Below, one piece after another: positions 40,435-52,002 of a stretch of DNA of 64,000 nt. The notes under the pieces are model-generated. The model was not told the DNA's origin and ran no database searches. It saw only the letters and a program-made list of their open reading frames with translations. Position 1 is the stretch's first letter. The number at the start of each line of letters is the position of its first letter. Origin of the DNA: Amoebidium appalachense (taxonomy: Eukaryota; Protista; Ichthyosporea); contig CAVNZM010000003.1 of NCBI GenBank assembly GCA_963693365.1, forward strand, positions 8,411,076 through 8,475,075, in the 5' to 3' direction. Both the position numbers and the translations under genes were made by a program.

Positions 40435-40829
40435 GCGCTGCATACAAAAAGACCCGAAGTGGAGTATACGACAAACCCAGCGCCAGCGCTTCATACCCAA
40501 AGTGGATACAATAAAAAGACAGTTGCTGTGTGTGCAAAGCTGTGTGTGCAAAAAGAGGGGAAATAAGCGCTGCATACAAAAGCCCCGAAGTGGAGTATAC
40601 GACAAACCCAGCGCCAGCGCTTCATACCCAAAGTGGATACAATAAAAAGACAGTTGCTGTGTGTGCAAAGCTGTGTGTGCAAAAAGAGGGGAAATAAGCG
40701 CTGCATACAAAAGCCCCGAAGTGGAGTATACGACAAACCCAGCGCCAGCGCTTCATACCCAAAGTGGATACAATAAAAAGACAGTTGCTGTGTGTGCAAA
40801 GCTGTGTGTGCAAAAAGAGGGGAAATAAA
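40435..40829 (+). repeat. Tandem repeat, ~130-bp unit x3
   Basis: GCGCTGCATACAAAAG(A/C)CCCGAAGTGGAGTATACGAC...GAGGGGAAATAA starts at ~40435, 40567 and 40697. Confidence 0.92.
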
Positions 40830-40831
40830 TA

Positions 40832-40934
40832 CTTTAAACGTGCATGCAATATACATCGATAGACTTATGAAAGCACACAAACTGTGTGCCACACGGGCAT
40901 GCATGCATGGGGAGGGAGTGTGGGGTGGGGGGGG

Positions 40935-40973
<39 letters not shown>

Positions 40974-41119
40974 GACTTTGAACGTGCATGCAATAGACTT
41001 ATGAAAGCACACAAACTGTGTGCCACACGGGCATGCATGCATCGATAGACTTATGAAAGCACACAAACTGTGTGCCACACGGGCATGCATGCATGGGGAG
41101 GGAGTGTGGGGTGGGGGGG

Positions 41120-41161
<42 letters not shown>

Positions 41162-41800
41162 GGGGGGGGGGGAGACTTTGAACGTGCATGCAATAGACTT
41201 ATGAAAGCACACAAACTGTGTGCCACACGGGCATGCATGCATCGATAGACTTATGAAAGCACACAAACTGTGTGCCACACGGGCATGCATGCATGGGGAG
41301 GGAGTGTGGGGTGGGGGGGGGGGAGGGGGGGGGGGGGGGGGGGGAGACTTTGAACGTGCATGCAATAGACTTATGAAAGCACACAAACTGTGTGCCACAC
41401 GGGCATGCATGCATGGGGAGGGAGTGTGGGGAGGGGGAGGGGGGGGGGGGAGACTTTGAACGTGCATGCAATAGACTTATGAAAGCACACAAACTGTGTG
41501 CCACACGGGCATGCATGCATGGGGAGGGAGTGTGGGGAGGGGGAGGGGGGGGGGGGGGGAGACTTTGAACGTGCATGCAATAGACTTATGAAAGCACACA
41601 AACTGTGTGCCACACGGGCATGCATGCATGGGGAGGGAGTGTGGGGAGGGGGAGGGGGGGGGGGGGGGAGACTTTGAACGTGCATGCAATAGACTTATGA
41701 AAGCACACAAACTGTGTGCCACACGGGCATGCATGCACGGGGAGGGAGTGTGGGGAGGGGGGGGGTGGGGGGGGGGGGGAGACTTTGAACGTGCATGCAA
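40832..41800 (+). repeat. Tandem repeat, ~105-120-bp unit with G-run spacers and an internal GCACACA-AAC-TGTGTGC hairpin
   Basis: GAGACTTTGAACGTGCATGCAATAGACTTATGAAAGCACACAAACTGTGTGCCACACGGGCATGCATGC recurs about 7-9 times, including partial units. Confidence 0.92.
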
Positions 41801-42143
41801 GTGTGTACCAAAAGGGACCTGGACTTCTTTGTATACAATCGATATTTAATCGGTTGAAAACAGCAAAACAAGACTTGTACATATATAATAACCACAAGAT
41901 ACTAAACCATCCAGAAGACTTGTACATATATAATAACCACAAGATACTAAACCATCCAGAACCAGAAAAAAAAGATGCCTACATGCTATGATCCATAAGA
42001 TGCTCGTTAACATAAATACAGAAACCGTAAGGTGCTACCAGTATCAACAGTCATATATTAAAATACATCAGCCAGCCCCTGTGGCCATACCCAGCCCCTG
42101 ACACATACAACAAAATCAAAACACACCCCTCACCACTCCCAAC

Positions 42144-43461
42144 CTAATCTTCATCGTCTTCATCACTGTCCCCGTGAATAACCTGTATATCTGAAACTTG
42201 CTTTGCTCGTGTCCTGCCACTGTGGGCAGGGGCTGGTTTCTGACTCTGTTTTGGTTTCTTTGCTCGACCACTTTCTTTCCCTTTCTTCCCCTCGACCTTC
42301 TCGCCCAAAGCCATCATGTCCTCCAATTCCTCATCTAATGCCGTCTCAAATGACGTCTCTTCCTGGCGGTGCCGTTTGTACACACCAAAAGAAATATCTG
42401 ACACCCCTCTCTTTGAACCCTGGGAATATGCAGAGGGGTTCGACATCATGGAGGCACCAAAAGTGTGGGATTGGGTGCTGGTAACGGTGGTGAGGGACGG
42501 ATTGAAGGGGGGTACGGGCATGACAGGTGGGGGGAGGGGGAGAATGGGCAGGGGGAGGTTGAGGGGGGTTTTGGGCTGAGTGGTACCGGGCGGGGGGAGG
42601 GTGGGGATGGGATTTTGATTGGTCGTACCAGGGGGGGGAGGGGGGGGGCGAGACCGTGTTGGACGGTAATGTCGGGGAGGGGCTGGGGGTCATTCCAATC
42701 ACGAAGTTTCTGTGTGCTCTCGTCGATTGTTCTACGGTATGATTCCCTCATGGTCGCAATGTGTGACTGAAGCTTGGTAATCTCGGCCCGGTATCTTTCC
42801 CCTTCAGTCTGATGCTCCAGGATATCGGCCACCTTTCCAACAAGCTGCCCTTCGAGGTCCCGATTCTTTGCCGATAACACCTGTTCCTTTGCATCTGCAA
42901 GGTGTTTTTGTTTGGCCGCCGCCGATTTTAGCTCGGCAATTTCCCCCTTAAGGATTTGGATGTCGTGATCCTTCGTTTGTAATTCTTTCTCTGCGGCTTC
43001 CAGCTTCTCCTGCAATTCGGTGGTTGGGGTGGTGACAGCGGGTGCAGTGGCCGCAGTACCGACCTTTGCCAATGCAGAGGCAATGGCACTGTCTACTTTC
43101 GACTGCAACACAGTCTCCAAGTACTCTTCGAACATTTTTGGATCGACGGGAGCAGTGTCGCCGGAGTGTGGGGGGGGGGGTTGGATGGGGGGGGGGACGT
43201 CGCCGCCGGAGCCTGAGTGTGGGGGGGTTGGTTGGGGAGGGGACTTCGCCGCCGGAGTGTGGGGGGGGGGTTGGATGGGGGGGGGGACGTCGCCGCCGGA
43301 GCCTGAGTGTGGGGGGGGGTTGGTTGGGGAGGGGACTTCGCCGCCGGAGTGTGGGGGGGGGGTTGGATGGGGGGGGGGGCTTGCGTTGTGACGGGGTCGG
43401 CGGACTTGCTGATGTTGGTTTCGTATGACCCCGACCCGGGAGCTTGCTGGGAATAATCCAT
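42144..43461 (-). CDS. Coiled-coil protein with Pro-rich linkers and acidic/basic tail; frame broken in G/C homopolymers
   Basis: MDYSQQAPGSGSYE... (ATG 43461), two ~84-bp Pro-rich repeats, MFEEYLETVLQ...ELQEKLEAAEKELQTKDHDIQILKGEIAELK (coiled coil), then ...ETALDEELEDMM...DSDEDDED*. Three ORF-track pieces are collinear, with frameshifts at C-runs. Confidence 0.6.
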
Positions 43462-44939
43462 CGTGACAGTTTTCACAAAAAAAAGGATAAACAAAGGGAA
43501 AAAAAGAAAGGAAGTCTTACGTTTCTCTGCGCAAACACAGTCGTGTGCAAACCCAGTCGTGAACAAGGGAAAAAGGAAAAAAAAAAACAAGGGAAAAAGG
43601 AAAAAAAAAAGAAAGTGCTACGAATACGATTCTCTGTTGTGAACAAAGGAAAAAGTAAAAAAAAGAGTGTTACGTTTCTCTGCGCAAACACAGTCCTGTG
43701 CAAACCCAGTCGTGAACAAGAGAAAAAGAAAAAAAAAAGAGAGTGTTACGTTTCTCTAGGCAAACACCGTCGTGTGCAAACACAGCCATGAACAAAAGAA
43801 TCAGAAAAGTAGAAAATGACAGCGCTGTGAACTGATATAAAAAAACCGTCATCAATAATTTATGTGAAGCCATTGCGCAAAATACGATCTTATGTTACGA
43901 GAATCAAGCATAAGAAAAACAGAACCTTTTGGCGCTGTTAGCGAATATATCTCTAATCGTGTTTGGTTCACAGGTAAACTGTATAAAAAAGGTGAATATA
44001 CGAAATAAAAATATAATATACAGGACAAAACGAGCGCTAGTTTAAAACATCGAAGGATATACGCTTTCACAACATCTTATTCGCGGACCTTTTTACGTGC
44101 AAGCGTTTGATTGGTGCATAGGGGTTGGTTCTTGCCCCACGTGATTCGCGGCGCTGATGCTCAGGGTATTCTGATTGACCGAAATCGAAGCATCGGATTC
44201 AAATTGGGCAAATACAAAACGCTTTCCAACCAAAATCCCAAGCGCATGGTTGTTTATTTATAGAACCTTATATGTCATAAAACATACAACCCTCTTTTAG
44301 GATTTCCCTTATTCCTTGCTCAGTCAAAACGCTCCAGGGTCGGTGCTGCTATCAGTCACTAAGTAATTTCATTGGCCAGTCATCACGTAAATGCGCCAGC
44401 CAACAAAACCAATCGGTGATTGGTGAATAATGGTTGGGTCAACGTGATCGGGCACTGGTACTCTAGGCAAGCGCTTATCGGCATTGGTACAATCTAGTTG
44501 GTCAATACACCGTGACTCAAGGCTGCAACGCTTTTCGAAGACCAGATTCACAGGACCCTTTCCAAACAAAATTCCAAGCAAATGTCTGTGTCCGCGTAAA
44601 GTATAAATAAACATAAATAAATTATGCTTTTTTAATATTTATTGCCTATTAGAATAAATCACAATTGTTACTCGCAAAAGGGTCTTGGTTGGGCAGGCTG
44701 GCCTTGCTACCCAAACTATTATTAGCCGATCTCACTGATTAGCTTATTATCACGTACGCGCCAATCAGTGATTCCATTGGCCAAACTGAACAAAACATTA
44801 ATTGGCCAGTCATCAAAAACGTGATTTTCTTGCTTGCTTCAAGCTTTGCGAAATGAGAATATATGTTCAACACTCTCTTTGCGCTCTATATACAACGGAG
44901 AAATTACAAGAGTCCATCTTGATTCCCGAACGAACAAAT

Positions 44940-45203
44940 ATAACCAAGCGCACCACACCAGTTCGTGTTACTTTCGCCCGGCGCTGCTGTTGTACATGTT
45001 TCAAACATAACCAAGCGCGCCACACCAATTCGTGTCACTTTCGCCCAGCGCTGCTGTTGTGCATGTTTCAAACGTAATCAGGCGCACCACATCAGTTCGT
45101 GTCACTTTCGCCCAGCGCTGCTGTTGTGCATGTTTCAAACATAATCAAGCGCACCACACCAGTTCGTGTCACTTTCGCCCGGCGCTGCTGTTGTACATGT
45201 TTC
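44940..45203 (+). repeat. Tandem repeat, ~66-67-bp unit x4
   Basis: ATAACCAAGCGCACCACACCAGTTCGTGTCACTTTCGCCCGGCGCTGCTGTTGTACATGTTTCAAAC with few substitutions. Confidence 0.9.
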
Positions 45204-45503
45204 CATTGTAATTACAAATAGGCTAGATTGCCAAAAACAGAACGAAAACAACAAAGAAACTTGTTATAATAACCTGTGCACACCGCGCTATCAGTTGTCC
45301 CCTTTTTTAGCCAATACAGATACATAGAATTTCCTTCATGTTTCCCTGTGCGAGGCACATTTTAGGCTTATGCACACAATCGTAGATTGTTTGGGATACG
45401 AAAACAGAGCACACACACAAACGAGTTCTGCTAAACACAAACATTGTTAGACTGGACACAAAAAACATAGCGCGCGCATGCACGAGCTTTCCTAGGAACG
45501 ATT

Positions 45504-45608
<105 letters not shown>

Positions 45609-45752
45609 CGAGAGAGAGAGAGAGAGAGAGAGAGACTAAGCACGAGCGCTACAACACGGTGGCACAAGCACACAGACAGAGCGCTCTCACAGACAGTCTT
45701 ACAGGCAGAGGGTGCTCACAATTACACACATCACAAAAACACACACAGCAAC

Positions 45753-48700
45753 ATGGCTGTTAACGGCAATATTCTAGCGCTCATCACTCGTGCATTCCCG
45801 AGCAGCATACCACTCGACCCACCCACATTTAGGCTTTCGAACGACGTTGATCCGTCAGTTATATTTACCGGTAAAAGGCTACTCACACGTCAGAGTATTT
45901 ATCGTCATCCTCAAAAAAAAAAACTCGCACCGATCATATATTTGGTGATGCCAACGGGTTCAGAACATGTTTATATTTTTTTGATTGAACTGGACGACGG
46001 ACGTCCTAGTTGCAGGAAGAACTACAACCTACACGAATTCGAAAACGACATGGGCATCCCGGAAGTTGTAGCCTGGATTCTCAGATTTGGTGGTCCTCGA
46101 TGGAAGATTTATGATCTTCACAGCTATCATCCGTTTTCGAGTGAGGGTTGGGTAACCCCCCCCCCCCCAACACACAAGCCATTACACGTCTGCACGCATC
46201 ATGCACCTGGGCTATCCCCCCTCTCCCCGCACACGCACGGAAGGGATCACACGTCTGCACGCACGCATGCACCTGGGCTATCCCCCCGCTCCCCCCCCCC
46301 CCTCCCCCCCCCCCCCCCAACACACAAGCCATTACACGTCTGCACGCATGCATGCACCTGGGCTATCCCCCCTCTCCCCGCACACACACGGAAGGGATCA
46401 CACGTCTGCACGCATGCATGCACCTGGGCTATCCCCCCTCTCCCCGCACACACACGGAAGGGATCATACGTCTGCACGCACGCATGCACCTGCCAGGCTA
46501 TCCCCCCCCCCCCCCCACCCCCCCAACACACAAGCCATTACACGTCTGCACGCATGCATGCACCTGGGCTATCCCCCCTCTCCCCGCACACACACGGAAG
46601 GGATCACACGTCTGCACGCATGCATGCACCTGGGCTATCCCCCCTCTCCCCGCACACACACGGAAGGGATCATACGTCTGCACGCACGCATGCACCTGCC
46701 AGGCTATCCCCCCCCCCCCCCCCCACCCCCCAACACACAAGCCATTACACGTCTGCACGCATGCATGCACCTGGGCACCTCGACTAGTCCCCGCCACACA
46801 CACCCAACCACCACCACCACCACACACATACACAGAGAGAGAGAGAGAGCACACACCTGCACACGTGCATCCACCTTGGCTAATCCTACCCCCCACCCCG
46901 ACACACACGCACACGCACACCCGGCACAAACATGCACACACACCCGGCACACACGTGCACACACGCATGGCACACACACACACACACACACAGAGCAAGA
47001 AGCGGAGGAGGCGGATAGGGGGCAACAGCAGGGGGCGGAGACAGGGGAGTCGGTGGGGTTCACCGAGGTACCCGTGAAACATCTCAGCCAACTGCAGTTA
47101 GAAAAGCTCTCATTTGAGACGATAGTTAGGGTAATGGAAAAACGACACGAGGTTCGGGCAGCTGGTGCCGTCAAGTTCATGCTTCCCGAACCGGTAGTGC
47201 AGGGGCTGAAAGAGGCTGCTTGGGCCACACCAGTGAGAAAATCCTACACCAAGATCTGTCTGGAGGCTACCGCCATCAAGGATGTCTTCCTCGTTTATAG
47301 GGACGACATCAAAGAGCAAATTCCAGAGGTGCGTATTTGCAACCATTAGGGTATGGTTACCGTGAACAGGAGCTAACACGATTGAGCAGGGGGACCCGTT
47401 GGATGAGGAGGAGTTCTGGGGGCAATTGGACTGCTTACCGGAAACTTACAGTAAAATGTTCTTTTACGGAACGGATCTGACACCTCTTAAAAACACCCAT
47501 ACACCCAGTGAGGTACGTGTGTGTCATGTGTGTGTATGTGCGTGTGTTTGTGCAGAGGGTGCATGTTGTGTAGGCATGGGTGTATTCGTGTGTGTGCAGC
47601 TGAGGGTGCATGTTGTGTAGGCATGGGTGTATTCGTGTGTGTGCAGCAGAGGGTGCATGTTGTGAAGGCATGGGTGTATTCGTGTGTGTGCAGCAGAGGG
47701 TGCATGTTGTGAAGGCATGGGTGTATTCGTGTGTGTGCAGCAGAGGGTGCATGTTGTGTAGGCATGGGTGTATTCGTGTGTGTGCAGCAGAGGGTGCATG
47801 TTGTGAAGGCATGGGTGTATTCTGTAGGCATGGGTGTATTCGTGTGTGTGCAGCAGAGGGTGCATGTTGTGAAGGCATGGGTGTATTCTGTAGGCATGGG
47901 TGTATTCGTGTGTGTGCAGCAGAGGGTGCATGTTGTGTAGGCATGGGTGTATTCGTGTGTGTGCAGCAGAGGGTGCATGTTGTGTAGGCATGGGTGTATT
48001 CGTGTGTGTGCAGCAGAGGGTGCATGTTGTATAGGCATGGGTGTATTCGTGTGTGTGCAGCAGAGGGTGCATGTTGTGTAGGCATGGGTGTATTCGTGTG
48101 TGTGCAGCAGAGGGTGCATGTTGTGTAGGCATGGGTGTATTCGTGTGTGTGCAGCAGAGGGTGCATGTTGTATAGGCATGGGTGTATTCGTGTGTGTGCA
48201 GCAGAGGGTGCATGTTGTGTAGGCATGGGTGTGTGCGTGTGTTTGTGCAGCAGAGAGTGCATGTTGTGTAGGCATGGGTGTGTGCGTGTGTTTGTGCGGA
48301 GAGTGTATGTTGTGTTGATGCAATGTGGTGTGTGTACAGGTAGTGAGGGAAGAAATCGACTACATGTTCAGCTTGGAGACGCTGGGCTCGATTGTATCGA
48401 GAGAGTTCCAGAACTGTGAGGGCATCTCAACACCGATGCTCTATAAGTATGCCCCCCCACCCCTTCCCCCCCCCCCAAAAAAAAAAAAAACACAACAACA
48501 AACAACAAAGGGAAAAAAGGCAGGTTTGCAGAATGCCCCTTTTGTTCACAGAACCATCCTGGGTGTATGTGTATGGGTCAGGTCTTCTCGGAATGTATTG
48601 GATCACATCGAAGTCGGAACTAATTATTGTTTTAACCCCAATCACATGCCTCCTTGCAGTGTCACGACGGGGTCTCCGTTTGTGCCCCACACAGAAGACG

Positions 48701-48890
48701 GTCTGCTCGGAAGTGTCAACATCATGACCCGTGGGCCCGGAGACAAAAGCTGGTATATAATCAGTGCAGAGTACAATGGACAGGTCACGTCTATCCTCGA
48801 GGATATCTACAAGAGGCTTGGCCTTTCGGGGGCCGGTATCTGCAAGAAAGTCACACAGCATAAGGTAATCCCTCACCACCCCCCCCCCCC

Positions 48891-48922
<32 letters not shown>

Positions 48923-49375
48923 GACCACACACACAACAGAGGACTACAAGAAGAGAGAGAGAGAGGGAGTGGTAGACACTGACGTGAATGACGTGAAGAA
49001 CAAAAAACAAAAAAGCACTTACAAAAACGACCACCCGGTTTTTCATATGACTAACATGTGGGTGGGACAGTCTGTGTTCATCCACCCCCGTTACTTGATG
49101 AAGAAGGGTGTTCCTGTGCAGCACACGGTTCAGCAGGCCGGCGAGGTCATCTACACATTGCCTGGGGCATACCACTTTGGGTATGCTACTGGTAGCAGCT
49201 TGGCCGAGGCGGTAAATTTTGCCACGGTCAACTGGCTTGTGGTCGCTGGCAAGAAGCCCCCCCCGGCATGCACGTGTGGCTACACTGACAGGAAACACGT
49301 TTTCAAGGTAACCCCCCTCCCCCCCCCCCTCCCCCCCCCCCAAAAAAAAACAAAAAAAAAAAAACAAACAAACAC

Positions 49376-49437
<62 letters not shown>

Positions 49438-49764
49438 ATGCCCTAGCATTCACAATTACATGTAGGGGTTCGTAAAAACGGTTTTTTGGGTCCTTGCAGA
49501 GTTTTTCTTGACCTGGTCCACACGTAGGAGTTCGTTTTCTGTGGGTGTGTGCCATGGTGGTGTAGTGGTGGGTGCGTGGGTGTGTTTGAGGTAATGGCAT
49601 ACAGTGATGTCTGAGCCTTGCATAAACAAATCACCTGGCTGGACTACCACTTACACCCAACTATCAACCCACAGGTGTCCCCTGCACAGTGGAAAAAGCT
49701 GAGAGAGAAGTACAAGGCTGACATCAAGGAGTTCGAGGAGGAAGCCAAAATGAATGTGGCCTAG
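45753..49764 (+). CDS. KDM4-like JmjN/JmjC histone demethylase, 7 exons
   Basis: Exons 45753-46146, 46994-47328, 47390-47512, 48340-48446, 48660-48864, 49071-49307 and 49675-49764 join in frame. Motifs: GAVKFMLP (JmjN-like), EEEFW...YGTDL, GISTPMLY, FVPHTED (Fe ligands H-x-E), KSWY, CKKVTQHK, QQAGEVIYTLPGAYHFG (third ligand), AEAVNFAT, CTC (Zn). Confidence 0.9.
46165..46778 (+). repeat. Higher-order minisatellite in JmjC intron 1
   Basis: CACGTCTGCACGCATGCATGCACCTGGGCTATCCCCCC core repeated about 10 times in ~60-bp variants. Confidence 0.9.
47553..48290 (+). repeat. 44-bp minisatellite in JmjC intron 3
   Basis: GCAGCAGAGGGTGCATGTTGTGTAGGCATGGGTGTATTCGTGTGTGT repeated about 16 times. Confidence 0.93.
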
Positions 49765-50095
49765 GGTTTGTGGTGGGTGCGGTGGGGAAACGTAGTTGTA
49801 GTGGTGGCGGCGGGTAGGCCCCACATTCACATCTTACTTAGGGTTTGTGGTGGGTGCGGTGGGGGAAACGTAGTTGTAGTGGTGGCGGCGGGTAGGCCCC
49901 ACATTCACATCTTACTTAGGGTTTGTGGTGGGTGCGGTGGGGGAAACGTAGTTGTAGTGGTGGCGGCGGGTAGGCCCCACATTCACATCTTACTTAGGGT
50001 TTGTGGTGGGTGCGGTGGGGGAAACGTATTTGTGGTGGTGTGGGCAGTAGGCACACATCCACATCTATAGGGGTTTGTGATGGGTGTGGTGGAGG
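49762..50095 (+). repeat. 77-bp tandem repeat (~3.5 copies) starting at the JmjC stop codon
   Basis: TAGGGTTTGTGGTGGGTGCGGTGGGG(G)AAACGTAGTTGTAGTGGTGGCGGCGGGTAGGCCCCACATTCACATCTTAC. Confidence 0.9.
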
Positions 50096-50351
50096 AAAGA
50101 CGTGGTACAAAGTTTTCATACCAAGTTTTCTGTAATGTTTATTCGAATGTGATCTGCTTCAATCTTATCCAAATTTTCATGTATATTGTATTTGCCCGGT
50201 AACAGTACCAAGTTTCCGTAATGATTATTGAATGTATTTGCCCGTGGTAGCGGGAGAGACTCCATTTAATATACCCCAAGTCTCCTTTTCAATCTGTGTA
50301 CAAGCACACTGGCACGTACATTGTCACACACACACACACACACACACACAT

Positions 50352-50458
<107 letters not shown>

Positions 50459-50651
50459 GATACACATGCTACCAAGTTTTCATTGAACGGTGAAGGGGAG
50501 GGGGGGGGGGAGATAGACTCCAGCTCATCAAAATTAAACATCCCAACAGATTCTCTCGTCATTTACATTTTCCATGTTTGTGGAGATTCTCTCGTCATTT
50601 ACATTTTCCATGTTTGTGGTGTAAGTCCATTCATCCTTTGTGTGTAGGTCT

Positions 50652-50912
50652 CTATGCATCCTCAGGCTCCATCATCTTCTGCAGTACGATTGCTGTCTGT
50701 CGTTGATTCTTCGGCACCCACTTCTTGAATCCACACTTCTCCGCCAACTCATCGGGCAGATCTATATAGCCCTTTTCCGCAAGCTCTTGTGCGTATGCTC
50801 GTTGCTCCATCTGCGTCCGCCGGGTGGTGGCCTCGGTCGGCACAATAGTTGCCTGCACCACGGGTGCCTTGCCGGGCTCCTCCTTCAGCTTGTACTCCCA
50901 TTGGTACGCCAT
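50652..50912 (-). CDS. Hypothetical 86-aa protein
   Basis: Intronless ATG ORF with GC-rich third positions (MAYQWEYKLKEEPGK...), directly downstream of the Cys-rich ORF. Confidence 0.65.
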   Translation of the reverse strand: MAYQWEYKLKEEPGKAPVVQATIVPTEATTRRTQMEQRAYAQELAEKGYIDLPDELAEKCGFKKWVPKNQRQTAIVLQKMMEPEDA

Positions 50913-50948
50913 ACTCTATGCCACAAAAATCTCTGCTCACCCAACCCT

Positions 50949-51341
50949 TCAAGTGCGCTCCTTGATCACCACCGCAGGCGCATGCGCACACGTGGGGCAC
51001 GCCGGGCACTTCTGCTCGGGCGGGCAGCGCGTGCATGCGGGGCACTGTGCGCACCGAGTGGGGCTGGCACCGCACACGTGGCAGCGGGGGCAGTGCGCAC
51101 ACTTGCGGCGGGGAACGCAGCTGCCGCAGCTGGCACACATTGGGCACGCACGCTGGCACTTGAGCACTGCCAGGCGCCGCCGCACACGTGGGCTGAACGT
51201 GTCCCAGAGCACGTAGAGGATCAGGCCGGCCAGGATGGCCAGTAGAATGGGGGAGGGCCCGGGGGTGCTGCGCGGGCTTGTGCGGATCGGGGGAGGGGGT
51301 GCGAATGGGCTGGGTGGGGGAAGGGGTGCGCCAGCGTCCAT
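50949..51341 (-). CDS. Single-pass membrane protein with Cys-rich CxxC/CPxC repeats
   Basis: MDAGAPLPPP..., TM segment ILLAILAGLILYVLW, then CQRACPMCASCGSC...CAHCPRCHVC...CAQCPACTRC...CPACPTC. Confidence 0.7.
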   Translation of the reverse strand: MDAGAPLPPPSPFAPPPPIRTSPRSTPGPSPILLAILAGLILYVLWDTFSPRVRRRLAVLKCQRACPMCASCGSCVPRRKCAHCPRCHVCGASPTRCAQCPACTRCPPEQKCPACPTCAHAPAVVIKERT

Positions 51342-51427
51342 GTTACCCGGTGCACGATATAATGTGGGGTTGGGGTTGTGCGGGCAGATGGGAGGAGGGT
51401 TTGGGGGGGGGGGGGGGGGGGGGGGGG

Positions 51428-51647
51428 CGCTCATGAGCAAGGGTATGGTGATAGCGATCATGACCCTACTCGCCAACAACACAGGTGCAAGCGCACGGTG
51501 ATAGCGCTCATGACCCTACTCTCAAGCAACACAGGTGCAAGCGCACGGTGATAGCGCTCATGACCCTACTCTCAAGCAACACAGGTGCAAGCGCACGGTG
51601 ATAGCGCTCATGACCCTACTCTCAAGCAACACAGGTGCAAGCGCACG
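51428..51647 (+). repeat. 50-bp tandem repeat x4 (left arm of an inverted pair)
   Basis: GGTGATAGCGCTCATGACCCTACTCTCAAGCAACACAGGTGCAAGCGCAC. Confidence 0.92.
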
Positions 51648-52002
51648 GGCAGGCCCGACCATAACCCCGTTTTTACGGTAAAAAATACCCTAAACGTTTC
51701 AAAAATACCATCATATTTTCAGTTTATGGTAAACCCCTGCAAATTTCGTGGTAAGCTAAAATAGGAACCCCCTTTTACCCCCTTTAACTGGGGATGAAAA
51801 ATACCATACACCCCAGGCAAAAATATTCCGGACTTCAAAAAATACCAAGAAACAAATCCGAATTTTCGGGCTTGCGCACGGGTTATGCCGAAGCAACACC
51901 AATTGGATTTGGCCAATCAGCGCGGCTAGCCGATGGTAACTAGATTTATCCAACCAATCATCCGTTAAAAGATGTGTCATCCGCGTTTAGCCAATCAGCG
52001 CG

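Noticed and set aside
42144-43461. Programmed frameshifting in the coiled-coil gene
   Set aside because: All breaks fall in long G/C homopolymers, where sequencing error or slippage is the more likely cause.
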